A stretch of DNA of 64,000 bases from Eledone cirrhosa (Eukaryota). A model generated the notes under the pieces. The model searched no databases. It was not told where the DNA came from and was given only the letters and a program-made list of their open reading frames with translations. Shown here piece after piece: positions 1 through 14,289 of the stretch. The stretch lies in the NCBI GenBank assembly GCA_964016885.1, contig CAXHJY010001499.1, positions 66,553 through 130,552 of the forward strand, in the 5' to 3' direction. A program made the position numbers and the translations under genes. Numbering within the stretch: the stretch's first letter is position 1; every line of letters begins with the position of its first letter.

Positions 1-1
1 T

Positions 2-337
2 ATAGGATTAACCGCTTGTGACTTTAAGACACCGCTCTACCAACACCGACATACGTTCCGAAATCCGGTCCGGCGACATGCCACCACACTTTCGGGTCAC
101 ATCTGGGACCTCCAAGATAATAATATAACTTGCCATCTTACTTGGAGCTTACTGTCCAGAGCTAACTCTTACACGGGAGGACGCCATCCATGTAACTTAT
201 GCTCGGAGGAAACATTACAAATGCTGTTTACGAAGGATCAACTCCTAAACAAAAAAGATGAACTGGTAATTGCATGCAAAAAAAGATTGCGGAAGACTTA
301 CCTCGCCCTCAAACCCCCTAACGATCCGGGTGGGTAG
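2..337 (+). pseudogene. C-terminal half of the GIY-YIG endonuclease of a Penelope-like element (cut by window edge)
   Basis: Manual frame +2 translation IGLTACDFKTPLYQHRHTF...TTLSGHIWDLQD...CNLCSEE...LLNKKDELVIACK...* aligns with the PLE EN at 28750-29100 (YIGLTANRFKQRLY..TSLSAYIWSLKD..CKLCAAE..LNKKSE). Confidence 0.85.
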
Positions 338-1147
338 ACAAGGGCTGAAACACCCCACTTGCCGAATAAGATAGGGAAAACCCCAACTTATATCGGTAGA
401 TGTACCCTTTTTCTTTTCCTCTATGTTTTCTTTTTCCCTTTGTCTCCTCCTATCACTTCTTTCCACCACCGAACTTCTTTCCCGTTCATTCCTTTGTTTT
501 TTTACCCTTTCGCCTATCCCGAGGCAGCCCATCGAGCCACTTTAGCCTCAGTACCCCCACCCCAGTAACTTACAGATAGCATTCGCCGATTTCACTATAC
601 TAACTAATCATAGCAGCTGTGTTAGACACCAGAGATGTGGTATTAATTTTTAATACCCAATTCTAAATTTTCAATAATTCTCATCTAGCAACCCATTCTA
701 TAGCATTTGCCGAAAAAGCAGCACCAACTAAATATAGCAGCTGTATTAGACTCCTTAGTTTTTGTTTTATTTCACTTCTCACTTTCCAATCTTACATTCT
801 GATATATCTGTGTCTCATTTTTTTAAAAAAATATATTTGTTTTATTATATTTTTTCTTTGTCCCTTAATTCTCATTTGATTTACCTTTTGTATAACGTCC
901 CTCCTCTATTTTCTAAAGAAACCTTTTTTCGTCTACCTCCCCTGGCCTACTTTCATTTACATTCCTTATAATTTGCCGTGTAGATTTCACTTTTAACGCT
1001 TGACCGGCTCTACCCACTGCTTTATTGTTCTCCAGGCTAGTTCAGCCACCCCCACCCCACACCCACTACCATGATAGAATGTTCGGTGTCTGCAACAAAT
1101 TTTGACTAATCCTCTTGACAACATACAATCTTCCCATATAAGGAAGT

Positions 1148-1246
1148 ACCCCTTGAAAAGTTCGGCTATTTATTTACCAGACTAAAAAAACTATTACATT
1201 AGTCCAGAAATAGCCGTCGAAACAGCTTGAGCTCTGCCGTCGGGGT
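1148..1246 (+). ncRNA. Type I hammerhead ribozyme fold (U3-A8 core variant) downstream of the PLE remnant
   Basis: Stem I ACCCC/GGGGT; core TTGAAAA; long stem II CGGCTATTT/AAATAGCCG with inner GACTAA/TTAGTC; GAAA; stem III (perfect ACGGCT/AGCCGT in sister copies); GUC site; (TA)n follows at ~1260. Confidence 0.7.
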
Positions 1247-1449
1247 CATACTTTCTCCTATATATATATACACATGTGTGTGTGTGTTTGTATGTGTCTG
1301 TAGACTATGTAATAAATAAATAAACATGGTACTTATTTTTCTTTTCATTTCTTTTTTATGTTCCATTTTTGTCTTCATTAATATATTTATTAGAATTGTT
1401 TGACTATTTAACACGAACAGCTTTGATGTTGCTTTGCTTCGTTTATTTT

Positions 1450-2690
1450 AGGAAATACCGGGCTACAACTAGTTACTTATGGTAATTTCAAATGTTTCAT
1501 AGTCTTTGTTATTTCACTATTGCTGACAGTCCACAACATTTCTAAATATTCGGGCTGTTCCCTGTAGACATGACCCCTGGAGTGGTTCAATCGCATGTGC
1601 AAAGTATATCATCGACAGGTAGTTGTTAGTGTTCTTTGTCACCATAACAATAGCACCAATCAACACTGGGAAAATTGTGGCTTTCTTGGCATCATTTATC
1701 CAGCATTTCAAGATGTCATATTTGAAGTTAGTGTTCAATTCTGGTGCCAAAACGACACGCTACGTGAGTGTACAGTTTCTTTCCGTCTTCTCAATTACAC
1801 CAATATCTGGTCTGTTGTATTCGATCTTCCTCTCTGTCTGGATTGAGACGTCCCATAAGAGCTGTATCTTATCGTTCTCTATCACTCTCATCTCAATTGT
1901 GACATTAGGCTCATAGCGTTTTCTGCACATGAAAATCCATACATTTTACGCAATTTCAGTGCAATATGTTAGCCACATTATTATGTCTGCCTATTTTATA
2001 ATCATTCTGGACTAGTGTTTACACTCTGGAACAATATGGCCAACCGCCTGTGCTTTCTCCCCCTAAATTCTGCATTCAGCTTAAACATCGATTTGTGTCT
2101 ATATTTTTGATTACCCACCTTGTTCCCATAGCATGATCTTGTGCTGCAAGTATACGTCCTTTCGTTTCTTTATAAATGTAGCCTTCCCTTAACCAGAACC
2201 AAGTATTTTTGCTATCCCACACGTTTCTTGTTTCTTTAAGGAATGCTAAATGCAAGGGGTTTTCATCACAAGCTTTTATACGCTCTTCATCAATCACAGC
2301 CTTTTTAAGTTTTCTGGCTCTCCATTTTTAAAAATATGCCTTCCATGACAACCTCCAATAAAAAAACTGTTCTTTCTTATGTTTTATGTAGAAGCCTATA
2401 CTTTCTTCTCTTTTAACATCATCCTGTACACTCAGCAATCCCCTAGCTCCCTTCTTTGTTTTTCAATAGAGCCTGTCTGTAACACATTGTGGGTGCATAC
2501 TTCAATAGATAGTGAGCAATTTCCTTGTTATCTGTTAAATTTCCTTCAACTCTAGCTTTGTCCATTCTACTATACCAGTCCCATACCTAATTAATGAAAC
2601 TGCCCTGACATTTATTGCCAGCATAGTATTTCCACCATTCGAACTGGACTTGAGTACATCCTCAATCTTCGAAATTACTCTTTTCTAACA
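1450..2690 (-). mobile_element. Decayed 3' part of a restriction-like-endonuclease non-LTR retrotransposon (R4/Dong-like)
   Basis: Minus-strand fragments AAQDHAMGTRW, ILWDVSIQTERKIEYNRPDI (RLE PD motif), LQGSCLQGTARIFRNV; frameshifts and stops; boundaries approximate. Confidence 0.7.
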
Positions 2691-3984
2691 ATTTTTTCCT
2701 TTTTTTTTTTTTTTCCTTTTATATCCCACCACCATTTTATGCCAGAGAGGACCGGCAGGCTTCCATTGTATGATGATTGTAATGAAAGGGATTGCGTGCT
2801 GAATGCGGCTATATTGACTGAACACAGACACTTACTCCTCGGTCAGACTCACATCAACTTTTTCAAGTTGCACATCGAAAGTAAGGTGTAGAAATTTCAG
2901 AGAGGGGAGGGTGTATCTGTTTACTTTGAACCTGGAGATTAGGAAGGTTACGTATCTGATTGATATTATCCCTATTGGGGATTACTGTTTTTATTTATTT
3001 ATTGTTAATTTTTTCCCGATTTCCTTTTTTACAGTTTATATGCAAATCCTCATTGTTCGTATTTTTTGTATTGTCCTTTACATTTCGGCCTTGCGGTCAA
3101 TAAAGGAATAATTATTGTCATTGTCATTTAATTTTAACCTTAGATGTGACACCCGGAAATTACTCCGGAGAAATGCAATTCTTTGTTTTAAATATCAAAG
3201 CGCAAATCTGCTAAATGAAAGAAATCTTAGAATTAAGGTCAATTGAAATATTTCATTTATTGCGCTTCAACTATACGAAATCCTCATAGTTTTATTAAAA
3301 TAAATAAAATAATATGAATAGCCTAATTGACAAATTTGTTAGAGCATAATGAAAGAATTTCTGGCGTTATTTGTTCAGTCGAGCTCAACTTTGCTATTTA
3401 TCATTTCTGAGGCTGATAGAATAAATTACCAGGTCAGGATGAGGGATTGAAGGAATTGTTAGAAGACCGAACAAAATGCCTCACAGCATATTTTCCGGCA
3501 CTTTGCGTTCTATGTTCACATTCATGTGAGGTAAACTTTCTCTTTCATCTTTCGGAGGAAAAATATATTGTACCAGTACAAGGCAGTGGATTAGCAGTAT
3601 TGCTAGTGTATCAGGAATTTGTTCCAGCTCTTCGTGTTCTGAGTTTAATTCCCGGTTCAACACATATTCGCTATATTTACTAATGTCTATCTTTTTGCAA
3701 GTATTCGGATTAGGGCACCATTTTTAGGATACCTTCCTCATCCCCTCACGACTGTTCTGGGGGCCTTGAAAAGAGTTATGGGGGTATTTTTCCTCGTTCA
3801 CTAAAGGAGAAAAAAAACAGACTGAAAAGAGACAATCGTGAATAAATGAATAATAAGTGTTTCTACTTTAAACACAAGGCCAGCAATTTCTTAGGGAAAG
3901 GGAAATTTGATTACATCAACCCCAGTATGTTACACTTACTTTACTATTTTGATCACGAAAGGATGAAAGGCAAAGTTCATATCT

Positions 3985-4040
3985 GAGAAGAAGAAGAAGA
4001 AGAAGAAGAAGAAGAAGAAGAAGAAGAAGAAGAAGAAGAA
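3985..4040 (+). repeat. (GAA)n microsatellite
   Basis: Direct inspection. Confidence 0.95.
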
Positions 4041-4756
4041 TGATAATAAAAAATGGTAAAGGAATATATAATGAAGATTGAAGAAGAAAAAACTATGGTG
4101 GATAGAAAGAAGAAAAAAAAGATGATACGGAAAAATGATGATGAACAGTAATGTGCGAGAAGAAAAAAAAAAAAAGAATGCTGAAAAAGAAACAAAAACA
4201 TTATGAAAAATGATGAAGAAAAAGAAATGGTGCAGAAGAAGCAGAAACAGACGAAATGAGTGAAATAGTTTTTGATTCTAATTACTTATTTATCTAGTGT
4301 TCCGTACCTATGTTATTTTCGTGACACACAAAGAAAACATTATTATATTATACAAACATATCCATGCGTCAAAAATGTTGGCTATTTTAATCACATTTTT
4401 TGTCGAATTTCCTCAGATTTTCCTTTGGGCTTGGACTATCTAATCTGCACTTATTTCTTTTTCATATAATATTTCACACCAGGAATATAAAGATTCTATG
4501 TAAATAAGATTGAACCAAAAAAAAATTACTTTATATATTTTTCAATATATTTTATTTCATTTCAGTTATAATTAAATTATATAATTTCAGTTCATTGTTT
4601 ATTGAATTGAAACTAAATAATTTAAATGTTAAGGAAATAGAACACTGAAAAAGCGTAGAAAATATACAAAATACGTTTTTGCTGTTCAAAAATAAATTTG
4701 ATAATAAAATCATTTCCCTAATATTTCGTTATAAGTAAGAGACATTCATCGATATA

Positions 4757-4950
<194 letters not shown>

Positions 4951-5707
4951 AAATGTGATCTTGATTAAATAGCAATGTTGTACAGCATGCCATCTCTCGC
5001 TAAATATCATATCAATGTCCGTTGCGCTTTCTTAGCATAGTGGTACTGTGCTAGTCCGGAATACAGCAGGAGCCTAGTTCAATTCCCGCAAACAGCACCG
5101 TCAGTTCCATCTATCCTATTTAGCTTGTATGTAAATGTATCTTTTAAGTTGTTTCATAATATCTTAATCGTTATATAATATATATATAAAGTCATAAGGG
5201 GCACATATATATATATCTAAGCATAAGCATAGATACATATATGAGTGTAGCCTACCTTCAAGGGTGTGGCTCAATGAATGAATGGATTGAATAAATAATC
5301 ATTAATCAGAGAAAGTTAATTTCTCTGGACTAAGAAGAAAAATTAGGTAAATTTTATCTGCCTATTCTTCAAACTTATAATCTATATATATAATTCCCGT
5401 TCTGTGTGTGTGTGTAAAAGAGTTTCACTTGGAAAATATTCCATCCATCTCTGTCAAATTAAACATAAAGCCAAAATAGGCTACGGTTTGTAACATCAAG
5501 AAAAAATTATTTCATAATGATTAATTTCGAAGTCACAAACTTCGATTTTATAATCTTATAGACTTTTGCACTAACAAATTCCATGACGGCCATTAAAGAG
5601 AGAGAGAGCGTTCCTTTTACACACTTCTTAACTCTCCTCCTTGCACAACACGACGTTATGGGATTGTATGTGTATGTGCGTGTATATGTGTGTGTATGTG
5701 TGTGTGT

Positions 5708-5768
<61 letters not shown>

Positions 5769-6440
5769 TTCCATAACGGCCAGAGCCCTTAACGGGATCT
5801 TCAGAAGATCCCGTTGAGGTTGAAAGCAGCGGTTCTTTGCTTAAACTATAACCTGTTACTTAAATAAATAAATAAATAAATATATATATATATATATATA
5901 TAGTTATGTAACAACATAAGATAATTATTTCATATAGTTATGTAACAATATAAGATAATTATTTCATTTACCAGTGGTTTCTTGAAAGCAGATATGAATA
6001 AAACATGGTGTTTTTATTAAATATGGATTTGAAAACAAAATATAAGAAATATGAAAGTGAGGGTGAGGAAACAACGGGTGAAGAAGAAGAGAAAAAAAGA
6101 AAAAGAAAAATACATATGAAAACAATAAATATATAAACATACACACACTCAACCACGCGCATATACTTAAATAGTACGTAGACGTATACTTTGTCACATA
6201 AGCGTATATGTATCTACTGGCATGGACAAAATACATACACATACATATACATGAAGCAATAAAAATCAATAAATAAATGAATAAGAACAAAAAATACAAA
6301 CCCAAAAATAAAAGATAGGTGTTGACAACGATAAGTGAGAGGAGGTGTGGGGGCGGGGGATAAAAACAATTAAAAATAAACAAAACACGAGGTGTGCATA
6401 TAAATAAATATATATGTATATAAAATATATATACATATAT

Positions 6441-6652
6441 ATGGTGGCTGCCAACTCGTTTTCGAGTACGGCCACTACTTTATATCCATGTAGGAGAACC
6501 CCTACCGATGCGCTGAACGAGTGTGACTCTCTAGTCCAGCCAGCGACTTGAAAACTCTGATACAAACACTACACTTGTGACAATTATTGACACATAGTGC
6601 TGGGCCCATGGTACCATGTGACTACAAGTGCAGAGAGATCTCCAGATATAAA
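6441..6652 (-). mobile_element. 3' fragment of the RTE-derived non-autonomous element (same family as 18001-19080)
   Basis: Reverse complement matches ~18203-18413. Confidence 0.85.
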
Positions 6653-6898
6653 TGTATGTATACATACATACACACGCACACACACAGAAAAACATGCACA
6701 AATACTCATATACACGTATAAAAACACATACACAAATGTATGTGTATATACACATATATATATATATCTATTGTAGGGTTTATGTGTTAGTATATTTGGT
6801 TGTATGCATGATTTTATATACGTGTGTATGCGTATGTATGTGTATGTGGATATGTACGTATGTTTATTTTATATTTTATATTTTTTTATATTTTTGTG

Positions 6899-7036
<138 letters not shown>

Positions 7037-7497
7037 CAGATACATTTGTGTATGTGTTTTTATACGTGTGTATGAGTATTTGTGCATGTTGTGCGTGTGT
7101 ATTATTTTTTATTGTTTTTATTCCTCACCCCCTCCACTCACCTATCGTTGTCAACACGTATCTTTTATTTTTGACTTTGTATTTTTTGTTCTTATTCATT
7201 TATTTATTTATTCTTATAACTTTATGTATGTGTATGTATGTTGTCCATGCCAGTAGATACATATACGTTTATGTGACAAAGTATACGTCTACGTACTTTT
7301 CAAGTATATGCGCGTGGTTGAGTGTGTGTATGATTATATATTTATTGTTTTTATATATACATATATATTTTTCTTTTTTCTTTTTTCTCTTCTTCTTCTT
7401 CGCCCGTTGTTTCCTCAGCCTCACTTTCATATTTCTTATATTTTGTTTTCAAATCTATATTTAATAAAAAAAAAAATCAAAACAGAACCATGTTTTA

Positions 7498-7555
7498 TTC
7501 ATTCTGACGACTGAAAACAGATATATCTGCTTTCAAGAAACCACTGGTAAATGAA
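7498..7555 (+). ncRNA. Type I hammerhead ribozyme fold
   Basis: Stem I TTCATT/AATGAA; core CTGACGA; stem II TGAAA.CAG/CTG.TTTCA; GAAA; stem III ACC-act-GGT; GUA site. Confidence 0.85.
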
Positions 7556-7719
7556 ATAATTATCTTATGTTGTTTATTACATTAATAATAAGCTCTGTAG
7601 CCTACATAGAGCACTCTTTTTTCCTGTACCTTTCCGACGGAATTACTTCATTTATATATATATATATATATATATAATAACAGGAGGCTGGACTGGTGTA
7701 AATCCTTGAAAGGTTTATT

Positions 7720-7777
7720 ATACTATGATCATTTCAATGACCGGGTTCCATATGAATCCGGTGATATCATCAGGTAT
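7720..7777 (-). ncRNA. Type I hammerhead ribozyme fold
   Basis: Minus strand: stem I ATAC/GTAT; CTGATGA; stem II ACCGG.TTC/GAA.CCGGT; GAAA; palindromic stem III ATGATCAT; AUA site; (TA)n ~40 nt downstream. Confidence 0.8.
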
Positions 7778-8557
7778 TGGAATATAACAAAGGAATATGT
7801 AAAAAACATGCGTCCGAAAAATCAGAGACAGAGACAAACAGGACGATGATCAACTAGCTGTTTTCACCTCGGCCGGTCGCCCCCAAAGTGATGGCAACTC
7901 AATCTACTAATGACCATCTGGTGAGAGGGCGAAGGCTTATAATGCACTACCACCTCTCCGGCAAAGAAAAAGGGGAAGAAAGGAAGAGAGAAGAAAAGAG
8001 GAAGAAAGAAGTCAGCGTAAGGGTCACACTACAGTCATGCTAGAAAACGCCGCGATAAATGCTACTCCAAATAATCTATATTTAACAAAGGCTGTCTTTA
8101 ATTGGTGTCTGTGTGGTCTAATGTGTGAACCGAAAATTGGAACGTTAAACTTGTGTTACGAGTTATAGGATGAAATTAAATTAAAAAATATTAAATGGCA
8201 AAATGATAAATTGAAAAATAAATTATTAGAAAATTAAAGGTTAAGGTAGCGAGATTTATATAATGAACTTACAGAGAGAGTCTTATATGAACAAGTTAAT
8301 CTCGATAAGAGATCAGGATGGGATATAGAGTAAAGATTTCGATTGTGAATCCCAGCCAGCACCTCCTAACCACTAGTCAGCCAGTTACGAGTGGTCTCGT
8401 CCAGCGAAAGAAATGGAAATTAATTTTTCCGAGTACTCTAGGAACGTAGCTACCTTAGGCCCCGGGAGTGCTAGCAGGAAGTCTACAATTTCGACTGGCC
8501 ATCGTCTATACCAAACGTATATTATTAATTCACACATGAGGGTTGAACCAACAAACC

Positions 8558-8624
<67 letters not shown>

Positions 8625-9487
8625 TTGCATGTGCGTATCATCATTAAGTAGTGAAACCTTTGTGGTGTTGGTATGATTACACATTTATTATAAAATCTAG
8701 CAAGATAAGAAAAGTATCTTTGTTAGATATTTGTATCTCACAGAGAAATTGAAGGGGTTACTCAGGTATTCTATGTAAATTATCAACGATATTTACAAAT
8801 TGATAGACTAAGTTTGTCCCAAAGTTTAACACAACTACCTAACCCTTGGAGGTCAATAGCTGAATTCAACATATTCCAAGAATTATTGCCAGTCTGCAGA
8901 TTAAGCATATTGCCCATTTCTGCAGAAGAACATTGCCCTTTCATCACCGTTTAGACAGTGACAGAATCTATAACTGTATTCAGCTGAATAAGATGAGTCT
9001 GAGACCAAATATATATAAACGAAAAATAACTAAATAGAAGTTGATTCAGAATGATGACAAATTATTGGCTTGAATGTAACGAAGTTTGAGACGTGCTACG
9101 CCGTATACAATATTTACAAATATTTCTACGTATTTATAGCCAGATATTTTTTATTAGAATGCGGGTGTTTAACATTGCATTCATTCATTCATGTTTTCCT
9201 CATACTGTCTAATAGTAATCTATAATACATATTTCTGAAAGGTAATTTTAAATGCAGATGACTGAATGCCTGAAGCCTATTGACCAGAGCCGGCATTTTT
9301 CTCAGAATGCGTGTATGTGGGCGTGTGTGGTTGCATGCTGGTCGCCATGCGTTGTCATTTGTAATGCTATTACTGTGAATCAATGTTACTGAGGCGTATT
9401 TACCTACGTTTTTAAAATGTTCTCATTGATTATATATGGTTGTTTACTAACATGCACCCACACACACACAAACACACAAACACACAA

Positions 9488-9519
<32 letters not shown>

Positions 9520-9521
<2 letters not shown>

Positions 9522-9889
9522 TAGAAAGTGAGGTTTTTTTTACAAATTGAAAAATAACCGAGGTGTCCTACACGAGTGAAAGTATAAAGAAAAAGAGAGG
9601 AAATCGAAAATGCAACTGGAGTCTTATTTTTTTTTTTAAATATATAAAATTTATTTGGTTCCTTTACCGATTTCGCAGTTCTTCTGCTTTTTAAAAGGTG
9701 AGTTGAGATGGAGGGTCTGTGGTTTTTCTCACATCAGATGTGAGAAAAACCACAGACCTCCATCTCAACTCACCTTTTGAAAAGCAGAAGAACTGCGAAA
9801 CCGGTAAAGGAACCAAATAAATATATATATTTTTTTTAAAAAGTAAGACTCCAGTTGCATTTTCGATTTCATCTCTTTTTCTTTATATA
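9520..9889. mobile_element. Fold-back palindrome of a hammerhead-bearing element tail between (TA)n tracts
   Basis: Arms ~9583-9735 and ~9737-9889 are reverse complements centred on CTCACATC-A-GATGTGAG. Confidence 0.85.
9773..9810 (+). ncRNA. Minimal type I hammerhead ribozyme fold (U3-A8 variant)
   Basis: CCTT-TTGAAAA-GCAG-aagaa-CTGC-GAAA-CCGG-TA-AAGG: stems I and II plus palindromic stem III ACCGGT. Confidence 0.8.
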
Positions 9890-9929
9890 TAATATATATA
9901 TACATATATATATATATACATATATATAT

Positions 9930-10135
9930 ATAACGTAGGAAATGTGGTAAGGAACCAGATGGACCATAACGCACCAAAGTACTCAATACTTAGGGTAGTA
10001 GAGTGGGTATTAGGTACGAGTAGGACCCCGACGGCTGAGCTCAAGCCGTTTCGACGGCTAATTCTGGACTAAATTTAGTCCAGAATTAGCCGTTGAAACG
10101 GCTTGAGCTCAGCCGTCGGGGTCCTACTCGTTCCT
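9930..10135. mobile_element. Fold-back palindrome of the pLTR tail seen at 1199-1260 (3' half of hammerhead in both arms)
   Basis: Centre CTGGACTAAATTTAGTCCAG (~10073); arms carry GAAACGGCT..AGCCGTCGGGG; (TA)n on both sides. Confidence 0.85.
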
Positions 10136-10275
10136 ATATATATATATATATATATATATAAAGTTAATCGCGGGTTCAATCGGGGTAACCACAGTAAGGT
10201 GCTCAATACATAGCAGGGCTTCTTGTGATTTCTCCAGAATGAAACGGTTATAATTCTGTAGAAACCATTTCTATA

Positions 10276-10332
<57 letters not shown>

Positions 10333-10334
<2 letters not shown>

Positions 10335-10910
10335 CTAGACAAATGTTCAAATATTCACTATATGAATCGCTTTTACGACAAATTTTATGATTCCTTGATG
10401 ATTTACTTTTAATATCGTTGCTGTTTTTCTATGTAAAGTCATAAAGGTTTAAGCATCATCTTAGCATTAAGCTCACACAAAGTCTCAAACTTACAGAATT
10501 AATAACACTTTCCTTTAAATCGTTTGGGATAGGCTCATTTATTCTCTCTGTGAATACACACACAGACATACACACAAAGGCATAAATGTGCAAACACATG
10601 TATGATCATATATATATATATATGATCATACATGTGTTTGCACATTTATGCCTTTGTGTGTGTGTCTGTGTGTGTGTCTGTGTGTGTATTCACAGAGACA
10701 ATAAATGAGCCTATCCCAAACGATTTAAAGGAAAGTGTTATTAATTCTGTAAGTTTGAGACTTTGTGTGAGCTTAATGCTAAGATGATGTTTAAACCTTT
10801 ATGACTTTACCTAGAAAAACAGCAACGATATCAAAATGAAATCATCAAGGAATCATAAAGTGTGTCGTAAAAGCGATTCATATAGTGAATATTTGAACAT
10901 TTGTCTCGCA
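10333..10910. repeat. ~280-bp inverted duplication centred on a (TA)n tract
   Basis: 10333-10610 is the reverse complement of ~10622-10910 with a few substitutions. Confidence 0.9.
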
Positions 10911-11467
10911 CATATTATATAGACTGCTTTATAAAGCTAATGAAAAAAGGCTAAACCAAAAGAGAATGACGCAATTGTAGCCTGAGCGTTAGAAAGAGGG
11001 GAAGAGTTTGTGTATGTGAGTGTAACATTATGAGACAGAATAAATCATTATGTGAAAAATATAAAATATAATAGAAACAGAGATTCAGACAGATAGAAAT
11101 AGAATGCTAATTGAATGGATGTGAAGTTAATGGAATAGAAAAATAAGTAGCCTAATTCAAACTTGAAACAATTAAAACAGGGAGAGAATGGGAGAGTCAA
11201 TTAGAGAGTAAAGCAGAACATAGTGCATGAGGAGGAATATAAAAATATAGGATTGCAATGAAGAAGAAAATACGAGTGTTTATGTGTTTATTCTCCTGTG
11301 TGTGTTCATGTGTATGTAACACCAGCATTGTTTTTCTTTTATTTTCTGCATGTATTTCTGTATCACTGCATGCATCCAGAGGTAGGCGTGTTAATAAGAC
11401 GTACAGAAAAGCAGTCTTAAAAGACAAAAAAATGTTCCCGAAGTAAACGGATGAAAACATTGAAATG

Positions 11468-11509
<42 letters not shown>

Positions 11510-11514
11510 CATTT

Positions 11515-11564
<50 letters not shown>

Positions 11565-13159
11565 CATTTCAATGTTTATATATATATATAGAGAGAGAGA
11601 GATTTGATTCAAAGCATAGTTATAGAATTTTGGAGCATCGTGCTTTCAAAGAGATAGAGATAGGGAGGAGAGCGAAAGAGAGCATGAGAAAGAGAGAAGG
11701 GGGGATAGAGGGACAGAGAGATAAATTAATAGATTTATGTAGTAGATGTGTTTCGTCCCTATGTCATATGCACCAATAATATACAATCATAAAAATGTAG
11801 CTTTTGCAGTCCATTTTAAAAGTTGATCCAATATATCATACTTCAAATCACACAACAACATACGATTCTCTGTATTTTCAAATTTCTGTCATCATCTTTA
11901 AATCATTTCGCCTCTCTCTAACAACTAGTCGAAATTAAAATGCTAGAGGCGGTTTCAATTCTCATTTAAGAAACGAAACGTACAAAATGAATTATTTCAG
12001 CATTAAAAAAAAAAACAAAGTTGGATAATTTTCAAATTTATTTGATTGAATTTATATTTCTGTAATAAATAATTACGGCACATAAACTTATATAGACGTC
12101 TGTTTTCATTTCTAAATACCAACGTTGGATACTTACGATAATACATTGGAACTTCATTTATTTTGAGCAGGGGCTCTCGAACATGTAGACCGCAGGCTGC
12201 ATGCCGACGTAAACTACTTTTCCATAGCTTGCGGCAGAACAAATTTTGTGACTAATATTTACCTAAAACCTGGTAGGTTTTCTATAGTACAATGTGTTGC
12301 AATGTACCCATGGAAATCAATAAAATTGAAAAAATATATATATATATATTTATCAACAGTGAAATCGGAACAAAAGCTTGTTTACCAAAAGTAAAAGCTT
12401 AAATAAGAAAAATGTAAAGCAAAAGATTTCCCAACCCACTAAAATTTTTAATATTTCAGAAAAACATTTCTAAAAAGAAACAGCGGCTCGTCAGCTCTAT
12501 TACAAATTAGCATAATAACCTGTGGAAATCCCGCTTCACCTCATCTCAATTTTAGCCCGATATGCCTTTTCCCCAGGACGTAATGACCCTTTTGAATCAT
12601 AGAGACCTCTTTCTTAGAGATAGTTAATTAAAAATCAAAATTGTATTAATGTAAATGGCATTTATTTAACTCTGAATTATTTAATGGGAAACGGGATGGT
12701 ACTAATTATAAATTCATAGGGTAGATAATTTTGTACTTTATGATAAAAAAAATTAAGCGAGAATCAGATATAACGACAACAAAAAAACAATTATTTCAAT
12801 GGGATTTTCCATTTCTGCAGAACAAGGTCGGATTTGAAATCAGAACGCATATAGCTGGATCAGATCATTCTGTCTGTCCCTTTAATACACCCGTTATTCA
12901 ACTGTCATTTAAACCGACATCCTAACGATTCTGAAAATTTGCCATCTTTGTATTCAATGCAATACTGTTTTTATAGATTTACAAATATTAATTACAGTCA
13001 TAATGTACCGATTAAAAGTCATAGGAACCGATACTAATACGTGACATTACAATCTCCACAAATCAACTTTTTTATTATAATCAACATAGCTGTTTCATTA
13101 CAATTAATGCTGAAATTTGTCATTAAAACAAGCTTTGAATCGTCTGTACAGTTATCTAT

Positions 13160-13352
13160 GGCAGTGGATTGGCAGTATCGGTAGAGGGTCTGACGCCATG
13201 CTTTGCAGCATAGAGTTACGGCCCTTTATGATCCGAGTTCAAGTCCCGCCGAGGTTGACTTTGCCTTTCATCCTTACGGGGTCTATAAAATAAAGCACCA
13301 GTAATACACTGGGATAATTGCTGGTCTTGTGCCAAATGTAGAACAAATTATT
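13160..13352 (+). mobile_element. tRNA-derived SINE copy
   Basis: A-box-like TGGCAGTATCGG, B-box GAGTTCAAGTCC, conserved body GAGGTTGACTTTGCCTTTCATCC; sister copies at 14290-14682. Confidence 0.8.
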
Positions 13353-14289
13353 ATTTAATAAAAAACAACAAAAGAAAGAATTGTAATTGTTACCACTACA
13401 GAGCTGGCACTGCAAATTATGTGTACCTATGTTTCTACAAACAAACACTGCTGAATTGTTTTATTATAACCATCACATAGCTGCTTTAATAAACTAAAAG
13501 TTTCATTGGAACCACAAACAAATACTACTGGCTATGTCTTATAACAACAACTGTTGTGCTAATGATGTAGCCTCCATTGAGCTGAGTCGTCTCAAACATT
13601 ATTGCTGAGTACTATCATTTCAGGATGAATTACAAGTGCAATTTAATTGTTTCAATACAAACAATAGTGAACTCAGCGTTTATATTACAAATATCATTGG
13701 CTGTTACAACAAAAGCTCTGAGATATCGTTAAAATAATACTGAGTTGAATCATGCAATGCAAACAAATTGAGATAAAGTTTATTTATTCTAACATCTGTT
13801 AAACTACCACAGAATTCATCTCTGCGCTGGATCACTAAAAACCGATAATGAGCGTTGATCACTTGAGTGCCGATTCATTGAAAGCGTAGACACCTCGGGT
13901 TAAATGACTTCGTATTTCTTCCGGTTCTCTACGCTTAAGTTAAAATCCCATCGTTATTAACTTAGCCTTCCATAGTTTCATGGTTGATAAACAATCTAAT
14001 AGCTTAGGGAAACTGGATTGGTGAAACCGTTAAAAAGAATGGGCTGTGATGCGTTGTAGTTTATGATCTGATTCTATAGGTTCCTATTTCAAGTCATGTC
14101 AACTTCTTCAAGTTTTTCTGCTGAATTGAGAATAGGCTTTTCTGCATGGTTAATCTTTCCCCTAGCGAAGCCCTCAGTCTGAAAATAATGCGTGTTAGAG
14201 ATGGCAGCTAAATTTCTCTCAAATATAACCAAATTACTAAAAAAATATCCTATGTATATATTATATTATATTATTTATCTATGTGTATT

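Noticed and set aside
5024-5098. tRNA-like sequence
   Set aside because: A/B box traces only and the cloverleaf does not close; decayed SINE head or pseudogene.
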